Source: Synergistaceae bacterium OttesenSCG-928-I11 (lineage in GTDB: Bacteria; Synergistota; Synergistia; Synergistales; Synergistaceae). From it: a DNA stretch of 25,232 nt. Positions within the stretch are counted from its first letter, which is position 1. Each line of letters opens with the position of its first letter. Below the pieces are notes generated by a model that searched no databases, was not told the DNA's origin, and saw nothing but the letters and a program-made list of their open reading frames with translations. Shown here one piece after another: positions 14,935-22,257 of the stretch. The DNA lies in assembly GCA_030266365.1 (NCBI GenBank), contig JAJDHV010000020.1, forward strand, positions 1 to 25,232, in the 5' to 3' direction. The translations under genes were made by a program, and so were the position numbers.

Positions 14935-16593
14935 ATGAATAAGAAAATTCTGATCGTCGGCGGTGTGGCAGGCGGCGCTTCGGCGGCAGCGAGACTTCGG
15001 AGGCTGGATGAGCACGCGGAAATCATCATGTTCGAAAAGGGCGAGTACATTTCCTTTGCCAACTGCGGCCTGCCGTACTACATCGGCGGAGAGATCGAAA
15101 AACGCGCCTCGCTCATCCTGCAAACGCCGGAGGCTTTCCGCGGCCGTTTTAACGTCGACGTCCGCATATGCAGCGAAGTTGCCGCCATCGACCGGACAAA
15201 AAAGACCGTCACGGTAAAAAACCACAAAACCGGTGAGAGCTATACCGAACGTTACGACAGCCTGATTCTGTCGCCCGGAGCGGAGCCAATCAAACCGTCG
15301 ATCGGCGGGGTCGACTCCAAAGGGGTATTCACCCTGCGGAATCTATCCGATACGGACAGGATCAAAAATTTCATCGCAGAGAACAAACCGCACACCGTCG
15401 CAATCGTCGGCGGAGGGTATATCGGCGTCGAGATGGCCGAAAATCTTCACAAGGCGGGGCTCGACGTGACGCTGATCGAGATGCTGAATCAGGTCATCGC
15501 CCCGCTCGACTTCGATATGGCCTGCGGCGTACATCGCCATATCGAAAGCAAGGGCGTGAAGTTGCTTCTTGAGACCGCCGTGAAATCCATACAGGGCCAT
15601 AATGGCAAACTCCAGGTCGAGTTGAGCAAGGGTTCGCTGGACGTCGACATGCTGATCCTCTCCATCGGCGTGAGACCCGAGACCGGCCTTGCCAGACATG
15701 CCGGATTGGAGCTGAACGAGCGCGGCTCCATCATCGTCGACGGGAACATGCGCACATCCGACAAGGACATCTACGCGGTGGGCGACGCCGTGGAGGTGAC
15801 GGACTTCGTAACGGGCCAGAGGACGTTTATCCCGCTGGCAGGGCCTGCCAACAAACAGGGGCGCATCGCCGCCGACAACATTTGCGGCATAGAGAGCCGC
15901 TACACGGGAACGCAGGGGAGCGCCATCCTGCGGGTGTTCGACATGACGGTCGCGACCACCGGGGTCAACGAGAAGACCGCCGCTCGTCTCGGCCTCGATT
16001 ACGACAAGATCTTTACACACCCCACCAGCCACGCGATGTACTATCCGGGGTTTGAATACACCGCCATCAAAACGTTGTTCGATCGGAAAACGGGCAAGAT
16101 ACTCGGGGCGCAGGTCGTCGGGTTCGAGGGCTGCGACAAAAACTGCGATGTGCTTGCAACGGCAATCCGGTTTGGGGCGACGGCAAAAGACCTGACCGAG
16201 CTGGAGCTCTGTTATGCGCCGCCGTACTCGTCCGCGAAAGACCCGGTAAACATGATCGGTTTCGCGATCGAGAATCTGCTGTCGGGGAAATACAGGCAAA
16301 TCCACTGGCACGATTACGGGAAACTGCCGCGCGACGGCAGCGTCATCTTCCTGGACACGAGGATGAAAGAGGAGTCCGAGGGTGCGCCCATCGGAGGATT
16401 TATCAATATTCCGACGAACGAGCTCCGAAATCGGCTGCACGAACTGGACAAAAACAAAACCATCTACGTAAGCTGTCGCGTCGGGTTGCAGGGATATATC
16501 ACATGCCGCATGTTAAGCCAGCACGGCTTTACCTGCTACAATTTCAGCGGAGGATACAGGCTCTACAAGGACCTGTTCGGTGTGAAAAAATAA
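14935..16593 (+). CDS. CoA-disulfide reductase with C-terminal rhodanese domain (CoADR-RHD / NADH-dependent persulfide reductase type)
   Basis: FAD fold GVAGGASAA; redox-active Cys in SFANCGLPYYIGG (CoADR/Nox signature); NAD fold VAIVGGGYIGVE. The C-terminal rhodanese module has the active-site loop CRVGLQG. GGGAGG RBS lies 8 nt upstream. Confidence 0.9.
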   Translation: MNKKILIVGGVAGGASAAARLRRLDEHAEIIMFEKGEYISFANCGLPYYIGGEIEKRASLILQTPEAFRGRFNVDVRICSEVAAIDRTKKTVTVKNHKTGESYTERYDSLILSPGAEPIKPSIGGVDSKGVFTLRNLSDTDRIKNFIAENKPHTVAIVGGGYIGVEMAENLHKAGLDVTLIEMLNQVIAPLDFDMACGVHRHIESKGVKLLLETAVKSIQGHNGKLQVELSKGSLDVDMLILSIGVRPETGLARHAGLELNERGSIIVDGNMRTSDKDIYAVGDAVEVTDFVTGQRTFIPLAGPANKQGRIAADNICGIESRYTGTQGSAILRVFDMTVATTGVNEKTAARLGLDYDKIFTHPTSHAMYYPGFEYTAIKTLFDRKTGKILGAQVVGFEGCDKNCDVLATAIRFGATAKDLTELELCYAPPYSSAKDPVNMIGFAIENLLSGKYRQIHWHDYGKLPRDGSVIFLDTRMKEESEGAPIGGFINIPTNELRNRLHELDKNKTIYVSCRVGLQGYITCRMLSQHGFTCYNFSGGYRLYKDLFGVKK

Positions 16594-16702
16594 AAAACAC
16601 CGCTCGTTGACGGATTGCCATGCCATCAAAGCACAGGTTTAGCGTTTGGGAGCCGTGCCTTGGTTGTCTCACGTTTGGGCCTTTCGCCCATATGTCGCCG
16701 TA

Positions 16703-16710
16703 TGTATAAT
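16703..16710 (+). promoter_or_regulatory. candidate -10 (TGTATAAT, near-extended) for the tlpA-like operon; small palindrome GCACAggTGTGC at 16732-16743 in the leader
   Basis: Perfect TATAAT preceded by TG, 55 nt upstream of ATG 16765. No convincing -35, and no clear terminator between CoADR and this gene, so read-through from CoADR is also possible. Confidence 0.3.
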
Positions 16711-16764
16711 GACCTTCTGCACAGGTGTGCGGACGAAAAAGACAGATGGAGAGGATGAATCAAC

Positions 16765-17268
16765 ATGAGAAAATTTGCGTTTGTGATCACACTGGCTGTG
16801 CTGGCAATTGCGATGGCTGGCACGGCTTTTGCAGCGGACGCGTTTCCCGCCTTCAAGTCCTATAATCTGGCGGGAGAGGAAGTGTCGCAGGAGATTTTCG
16901 CCGGCAAGAAGCTGACGATGATCAACTTCTGGGGGACCTACTGCCCACCGTGCATCAGTGAGATGCCCGACCTCGGCGAGCTGGGGCGGTCGATGCCGGA
17001 AGGGACGCAGCTCGTGGGGATCGTGATCGATGTCGGCGACAAGGAGACGTTCGAAAAGGCCATCGAGATCACGAAAACCGCGAATGCCGACTTCCCCAAC
17101 ATTTTGATCTCGCAGGAGATGATCCCCTATCTGGAGACGATCGTGGCCGTGCCGACGACGATCTTTGTCGACGCACAGGGCAATGTCATCGGCGAGCCGA
17201 TCGTCGGATCGCGCTCTGGAAAGGCCTATCGCGGTGAAGTCGAAAAGGCCTTGAAACTTTTGCCGTAG
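16765..17268 (+). CDS. TlpA/ResA-like thiol:disulfide oxidoreductase (thioredoxin fold), secreted/lipid-anchored
   Basis: N-terminal signal peptide MRKFAFVITLAVLAIAMAGTAFAA and the thioredoxin active site WGTYCPPC. GGAGAGG RBS. Confidence 0.85.
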   Translation: MRKFAFVITLAVLAIAMAGTAFAADAFPAFKSYNLAGEEVSQEIFAGKKLTMINFWGTYCPPCISEMPDLGELGRSMPEGTQLVGIVIDVGDKETFEKAIEITKTANADFPNILISQEMIPYLETIVAVPTTIFVDAQGNVIGEPIVGSRSGKAYRGEVEKALKLLP

Positions 17269-17275
17269 CTCGAAA

Positions 17276-17422
17276 TGTCTGACTCCAGGAGGCGCTTGCT
17301 CCGCGCGGTGCTGCTTGTGACGGCCTTTTTCTTCGTCTTCATCGGTTGGAAGAGGGGGGAAGTCGCATCTGTGCTCGTCAAGGCGATCTTCGTCTGCCTC
17401 GAGTGCATCGGGATCGGCTAGC
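17276..17422 (+). CDS. possible small membrane protein (48 aa, MSDSRRRLLRAVLLVTAFFFVFIGWKRGEVASVLVKAIFVCLECIGIG)
   Basis: An unannotated ORF between the tlpA-like stop and the napH-like start. It has basic N-terminal residues then one hydrophobic helix carrying a CxxC. No good SD, and it falls below the ORF-track size cutoff. Confidence 0.2.
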
Positions 17423-17436
17423 TCGGACACGCCGCA

Positions 17437-18306
17437 ATGCTTCGCAAGGCTGCACAGTGGTTGAACCTGTTACTCAGCAACGCCTACTTGCCGGGCTTCT
17501 GGCTGGGGCGCATCTATAAGGGCAAGCTGAAATCCGTTTGTGTGCCGGGGTTGAATTGCTACTCCTGCCCGGGGGCCGTTGCTTCCTGCCCGTTGGGCTC
17601 TTTGCAGGCTTCCTTCGGCGGGGGCGGATTTTACCCCGGTTTTTACGTCGTCGGTTTGCTGCTGGCTTTCGGCGCGCTCTTCGGCCGCTTCGTATGCGGG
17701 TTTCTCTGCCCCTTCGGCCTGATGCAGGAGCTGCTGTACAAAATGCCGATTCCACGTCCCTGCAAACGAACGGCAGGCCAAGTTCGCCACTGGTCGCGCT
17801 ACATCAAATACGCCGTGCTGATCATCTTCGTGATCGGAATGCCGGCACTGCTGGCGGGCGATTCGGGGTTGGCCTCTCCCGCTTTCTGCAAGTACATCTG
17901 CCCGGCGGGCACGCTGACCGCTGGATTGCCGCTTTTGGCCGCCAACAGCTCCCTGCGCGCGGCGGCGGGAGCCCTCTTTGTCTGGAAGTTTGCCGTGGCG
18001 GTCGCGATCGTTCTCGGCTGTTTGCTGATCCTTCGTTTTTTTTGCAAATACCTTTGTCCGCTGGGCGCAATCTACGCGCTCTTCAACCGCGTGGCTCTCT
18101 ACCGCCTGCGGTTGACGCCGGAGAACTGCGTCCACTGCGGCGACTGCATCCGCGCCTGCCCGATGGGGGTAGACCCCTCGCACGACCCCGACAGCGGCGA
18201 GTGCATCCGCTGCGGCGATTGCGCAAAAGCTTGTAAATACAACGCCCTGCACACCGGATTTGCATGCGGCGAACGAGAGGCCAAGAAAACGGCAGCCCGC
18301 TGCTGA
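17437..18306 (+). CDS. NapH/MauN-like membrane-bound polyferredoxin (4 TM helices with C-x3-CP motifs plus C-terminal 2x[4Fe-4S] ferredoxin domain)
   Basis: CGFLCPFG, CKYICPAG and CKYLCPLG in predicted TM segments. C-terminal CVHCGDCIRACP and CIRCGDCAKAC. Confidence 0.8.
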   Translation: MLRKAAQWLNLLLSNAYLPGFWLGRIYKGKLKSVCVPGLNCYSCPGAVASCPLGSLQASFGGGGFYPGFYVVGLLLAFGALFGRFVCGFLCPFGLMQELLYKMPIPRPCKRTAGQVRHWSRYIKYAVLIIFVIGMPALLAGDSGLASPAFCKYICPAGTLTAGLPLLAANSSLRAAAGALFVWKFAVAVAIVLGCLLILRFFCKYLCPLGAIYALFNRVALYRLRLTPENCVHCGDCIRACPMGVDPSHDPDSGECIRCGDCAKACKYNALHTGFACGEREAKKTAARC

Positions 18307-18455
18307 CCACCAGCAGGCTGGTGCCAACATGAACGTGGTGGCGAAGGAGACAGGCTAATACACGTCGACGGCGACGCAACACCGAGAAATATTTCAGGGT
18401 CAAAGGGACGCTATGAAGGCGGGCTACGTTAGGTCCATACAGAATAAGAAATGGT

Positions 18456-18506
18456 AATGAGACAGGCGAGCTTTGCTTTGGCAAGTGCTCGCTTGTCTCA
18501 TTTACA
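18456..18506 (+). terminator. intrinsic terminator (15-bp stem ATGAGACAGGCGAGC / GCTCGCTTGTCTCAT with one G-U, then TTTACAGGATT)
   Basis: Long imperfect inverted repeat about 150 nt after the napH-like stop. A shorter hairpin CACCAGC-agg-GCTGGTG sits immediately after the stop (18308-18324). Confidence 0.55.
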
Positions 18507-18519
18507 GGATTGAGATGCT

Positions 18520-19092
18520 GTGTTTACGCAATTCGCTACCATATTTCGTCCAGACTCGATCACGCCGGGAGCCGTTAGCTATGCGCTTCGCTCCGTCTTT
18601 TCGGAAAATACGACGATCCAGCTATGGGCCTACAACGTCGAGACGATACTGGCGGAAAAAATCGAAACGGTTCTGCGGCGAGGCATCTTCAACAGCCGAA
18701 TGCGCGACTTTTACGATATTCACGTCCTCACAAAAACCCAGAGCTACGATGTCAAAATTCTCCGAGAGTCGCTCAGAAGGGCAGCCGAGCACAGCGAGTC
18801 CGTTCAGCAGGTAATAAACGCTTCCGCGATACTTGATTCAATTGGGAACAGTAAGGAACTGGCAAAGTATTGGAGCAATTACCGGCGCGAATATGAATAT
18901 GCTCGAGACATCTCGTTCTCGGAAATTATTACCGCTTTACAAGAGTTGGCAGAGCACGTGATGTCGAGCCGCACGAATTATCCGGAGAAGAAGTTGAAGT
19001 TTCGGGTGAATCGTGCGAAGAGCCGGACAGGCAGTCCGCTGAAAGCTGACCGGCTGAAGCCGGTGGATTTAGACCGGGAACTCGGAAATTAA
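18520..19092 (+). pseudogene. 5'-truncated nucleotidyltransferase AbiEii/AbiGii-family (DUF1814) abortive-infection/type IV TA toxin gene; C-terminal about 190 aa only
   Basis: The WAYNVETILAEKIETVLRRG...RDFYDIHVL region matches the C-terminal half of the AbiEii family as I recall it. An in-frame stop lies immediately upstream of the GTG at 18520. No N-terminal nucleotidyltransferase domain, no AbiEi partner gene, and no promoter (a terminator abuts it). Followed by an AT-rich tract. Confidence 0.55.
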
Positions 19093-19140
19093 AAATAATA
19101 AGCAATATTTAATAAAATCTATAATGGCATGTCCTTTCAT

Positions 19141-19185
19141 AAATCACCCTGAAAATCACCCCATTACTGCTGACTAAAATCACCC
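19141..19185 (+). repeat. three direct copies of AAATCACCC (19141, 19153, 19177; spacing 12 and 24 nt) in an AT-rich tract
   Basis: Read directly in the sequence. Located between the abiEii remnant and the pspA upstream region. Confidence 0.35.
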
Positions 19186-19355
19186 TTAGGATGAAGACAT
19201 CCGTGATTTGAGCGGGGTATTGTAAATTGCGTTGCAGAAGAGCTTGGGGTTTTTTGAGAGAAGAGAGAGAAGAAAATTGTGGAAGGAAAGGATGGTTGGA
19301 AGGAGTATTTCGATACGAGTTTTATGTCATTCTAAAACAAGAGGGGGAAATGGTT

Positions 19356-20060
19356 ATGGGAATATTGAGCAGATTTTCGGACATCATGGGCGCGAATATC
19401 AATTCGCTTCTTTCCAAGGCGGAGGCTGGTAACGCGGATAAGCTTCTGGAAAAGTATCTGAGGGACGCGAAGGAGAACATCGCTCAGGTGAAAGCGGAGA
19501 CAGCGGCGGTGATCGCCGAGGAGACAGGGCTTGCACGCAAACTCGCCGACAACGAGGCGAACTGCAAAAAATACGAGAACTATGCCGTAGCTGCTGTCAA
19601 GGATGGCAACGACGACGACGCCAGGAAGTTTTTGACCTACAAGAGCCACCTGGAGGAGGAACGGGCGGGGTTGTCCTCCCAATACAACCGGGCGAAGGAC
19701 AACAGCGAAAAGATGAGGCAACTGCTCAAAAAACTCTCGAGCGATGTCGATGCCGCAGAGGATAAACTGGGTGAGCTCAAGCAGAAGTTGACCGTGGCAA
19801 AGCAGCAGGAGAAAATGAACAAGCTCGGAGAGAAGCTTGGCAACAACCCCCTGAGCGGCGTCGACAGCCTGTTCGACGCAGTGCAGAAGCGAGTGGATGC
19901 GGCGGATGCCGCGATGGCCCTCGACCAGGAATTTACGAAAGAGACGCTAGAGGTTGAAGATTTGGCGAAAAAATACGACGCGGGTACTCAGGAGGTCAAA
20001 GCCGACCGGGTGGAGGACCAACTCGCCATGCTGAAAGCCGGCCTCAAAAAAGAGGCATAG
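19356..20060 (+). CDS. pspA: phage shock protein A / IM30 family
   Basis: MGILSRFSDIMGANINSLLSKAEAGNADKLLEKYLRDAKENIAQVKAETA is the canonical PspA N-terminus, followed by coiled coil throughout. AGAGGGGGAA RBS lies 9 nt before ATG 19356. The track start at 19227 is a spurious 5' extension. Confidence 0.9.
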   Translation: MGILSRFSDIMGANINSLLSKAEAGNADKLLEKYLRDAKENIAQVKAETAAVIAEETGLARKLADNEANCKKYENYAVAAVKDGNDDDARKFLTYKSHLEEERAGLSSQYNRAKDNSEKMRQLLKKLSSDVDAAEDKLGELKQKLTVAKQQEKMNKLGEKLGNNPLSGVDSLFDAVQKRVDAADAAMALDQEFTKETLEVEDLAKKYDAGTQEVKADRVEDQLAMLKAGLKKEA

Positions 20061-20063
20061 GCC

Positions 20064-21152
20064 ATGGCAACGACACCCGATGTGCAGGAGCAGCAGAAAG
20101 AGGTTCATGTAGATACCGAGACGTTCATATGCCAAAATTGCGCCGGCATTATGAAGTTCAACATCGGCAAGCAGAAGTTCGAGTGTTCGGCATGTAAGGC
20201 TGAATACGACCTGGAGACGCTCTCCGACAGCGTCAAGGAAAATGACTTCAGCTTGTATCACGAGCGGGAGAAGGCGACGACCCCCTTCGAAGGCATGGCT
20301 GTTGCCGTCTGCCAGCAGTGCGGCATGGAGATTTCTTTTTCCGAATCGCAATTCTCGACGACCTGCCCCATGTGCGGCTCCACGCAGGTCGCCACAGCGA
20401 AGCAGAGCGCTGGAATTCCGCCGGACGGTGTAATTCCGTTCAAGATCGACAAACAGGACGCGCAGCAGAGGTTCAAGGCGTGGGTAAAGAGCCGCTGGTT
20501 TGCCCCGAATGATTTTAAGAACAGATATGCCGAAGGCGGTCTTGCCGGCATGTTCCTGCCCTTTTGGACGTACGATGCCTATGCGGTCTCAAGGTATACG
20601 GGCAGGGGCGGGAAAAACAGGAAGGAAAAGGACAAGGACGGTAAGGAGAGAACCGTGACGGATTGGTATCCGGTGCAGGGCGTCGTGAGTGCTTCCTTCG
20701 ACGATGTGCAGATCTGCGCCTCCCAAAAAGAGGAGAGCATCGGGGGTATTCTGCCTTACGGAACGACCAGCAACACGAAACCCTTTTCAGCGGGTTACCT
20801 CTCCGGTTATTATGCGGAAGTCTACAAAATAAAGGCGGACACGGGCTTTGAGAGCGCGAAGACGATCATGGAGAGTAAATTGCGGAGCCTGGCGGCAAAG
20901 GATATCGAAAAGAAATACGATAGATCGGACGTGCAGTCGCTCTCGACGAAATTTTCCAGAGTAACCTACAAGCACGTGCTCCTTCCCCTCTGGAGCTCAG
21001 CTTTCGGCTATAACGGAAAGACGTATAACTATATGATAAACGGAGAGACCGGCAAAGTAAGCGGCGACAGGCCCTATTCCGCAATTAAGATCGCGCTCGC
21101 GGTTCTCAGCTTCATCGCGGTGGTCGCCACCTGGTACATGATGTCTCAGTAA
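20064..21152 (+). CDS. YdjG-like protein: two N-terminal zinc-ribbon pairs and C-terminal transmembrane anchor
   Basis: CQNC...CSAC and CQQC...CPMC, then the C-terminal helix IKIALAVLSFIAVVATWYMM. It begins 4 nt after the pspA stop, the same order as the B. subtilis pspA-ydjGHI operon (from memory). Confidence 0.65.
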   Translation: MATTPDVQEQQKEVHVDTETFICQNCAGIMKFNIGKQKFECSACKAEYDLETLSDSVKENDFSLYHEREKATTPFEGMAVAVCQQCGMEISFSESQFSTTCPMCGSTQVATAKQSAGIPPDGVIPFKIDKQDAQQRFKAWVKSRWFAPNDFKNRYAEGGLAGMFLPFWTYDAYAVSRYTGRGGKNRKEKDKDGKERTVTDWYPVQGVVSASFDDVQICASQKEESIGGILPYGTTSNTKPFSAGYLSGYYAEVYKIKADTGFESAKTIMESKLRSLAAKDIEKKYDRSDVQSLSTKFSRVTYKHVLLPLWSSAFGYNGKTYNYMINGETGKVSGDRPYSAIKIALAVLSFIAVVATWYMMSQ

Positions 21153-21186
21153 CAAAGAATAAACTCGATGGAGGATTGAGCGACAA

Positions 21187-22173
21187 ATGGCTTGGTTTGG
21201 ACAGGGAAAAGACACGATCGAGTGGGAAGAGTTCAGGGACGACGTTCTGTTCTACAAATGGCCTGGAAATGAAATAAAAAAAGGCTCGAAGCTGATTATT
21301 CGCACAGGGCAGAACGCGATATTTTACTCCAACGGACAGATAGAGGGCATCTTCAAGGACGAGGGGAATTTCGACATCGAGACGCAGATCACACCATTTC
21401 TCTCCTCACTGAAGGGCGTTTTTTCTCTTCGCTCGGACACCGGCATGAGGGCGGAGGTCTATTTTGTCAACGCAAAACAGCTTCTGCTTCCCTGGGGGAC
21501 GAGGCAGCGTATCATGATCCCATCGCCGGAGGTGCCGTCGGGGATACCGGTCGGATGCAACGGAAACTTGATCGTGGAGTTCCGCGATTACTTGACCTTT
21601 ATCAAAAAAGTGGCGGGCGTTAAATCCACCTATTCGCTCGACGATATCTCCGAGCGACTGATGGGCGTCTTAAACCCCATCATCGCCGAGTGCATGCTGG
21701 GCGGGCAGCAGCAGATCGGTGTAAACGCGCTCATCGGGCTCCAGGCAAACAGCCGCGCTCTCGGCAAACAGATGACGGCGGAGCTCGACAAGGAGCTTCT
21801 CGACATCGGTCTCGGCGTGGCGAGCCTGAATATCCAATCCATCAACTACCCCAAGGAAGTTCAGGCGATGGCCGAGAAAGTGGCGGCGCAGTCTTTTGTC
21901 GGCGATGTCGGCAAGTACGCGAACATCGCCATGGCAGACAGCTTCGGCAAGGAGGGCGGCGGCGGCGCGGCCGCGCAGATGGCGCAGATGGCGATGGGGA
22001 TGCAGATGGGGCAACAGATGGCAGCGGGCATGCAGCCGCCTGCGCAGCAGCAACCCGCCCAACCGAGTGCTCCGGTGCCCCCGGCGGCCCCGGCGGGGGA
22101 CAAGTTCTGTCCCACGTGCAGGAAGATGGTCGCCACCAAATTCTGCCCGGACTGCGGAACGCCGACCGTGTGA
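21187..22173 (+). CDS. SPFH/band-7-like (YdjI-like) protein with Gln/Met/Ala/Pro-rich low-complexity linker and C-terminal zinc ribbon
   Basis: N-terminal about 230 aa has an SPFH-like fold (YdjI-like placement after the ydjG-like gene). The linker is AAAQMAQMAMGMQMGQQMAAGMQPPAQQQPAQP. The C-terminus is CPTCRKMVATKFCPDCG. Confidence 0.65.
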   Translation: MAWFGQGKDTIEWEEFRDDVLFYKWPGNEIKKGSKLIIRTGQNAIFYSNGQIEGIFKDEGNFDIETQITPFLSSLKGVFSLRSDTGMRAEVYFVNAKQLLLPWGTRQRIMIPSPEVPSGIPVGCNGNLIVEFRDYLTFIKKVAGVKSTYSLDDISERLMGVLNPIIAECMLGGQQQIGVNALIGLQANSRALGKQMTAELDKELLDIGLGVASLNIQSINYPKEVQAMAEKVAAQSFVGDVGKYANIAMADSFGKEGGGGAAAQMAQMAMGMQMGQQMAAGMQPPAQQQPAQPSAPVPPAAPAGDKFCPTCRKMVATKFCPDCGTPTV

Positions 22174-22204
22174 CCTCAAGGACACAAGTACTGACGACAG
22201 CAAG

Positions 22205-22239
22205 AGCAGGGGCCTCTCGTTGCTTGAGGGGCCCCTGCT
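22205..22239. terminator. bidirectional terminator between convergent ydjI-like and luxR-type genes (stem AGCAGGGGCC / GGCCCCTGCT)
   Basis: 10-bp GC-rich perfect stem, extendable with a bulge. Weak U-tracts on both strands. Confidence 0.5.
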
Positions 22240-22257
22240 TTCATCGGGGGACAGAAG

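Noticed and set aside
15343-16440. 365-aa minus ORF
   Set aside because: Antisense to CoADR-rhodanese.
17470-18330. 286-aa minus ORF and nested 17538..18236 plus ORF
   Set aside because: Antisense or off-frame to the NapH-like gene, whose Cys motifs and TM pattern define the real frame.
19141-19185. Possible CRISPR array (AAATCACCC repeats)
   Set aside because: The repeats are only 9 nt with irregular 12 and 24 nt spacing and only three copies. No cas genes. Not a CRISPR; kept as a short direct repeat.
19279-19340. Sigma-W/ECF-type promoter for pspA
   Set aside because: I looked for TGAAAC-N16-CGTA. GGAAGG...CGATAC has the wrong spacing, so no convincing match.
19227-19355. 5' extension of the pspA ORF (MRCRRAWGFL...)
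   Set aside because: No RBS. The sequence is purine-rich non-coding. The canonical PspA N-terminus MGILSRF starts at 19356 with an SD 9 nt upstream.
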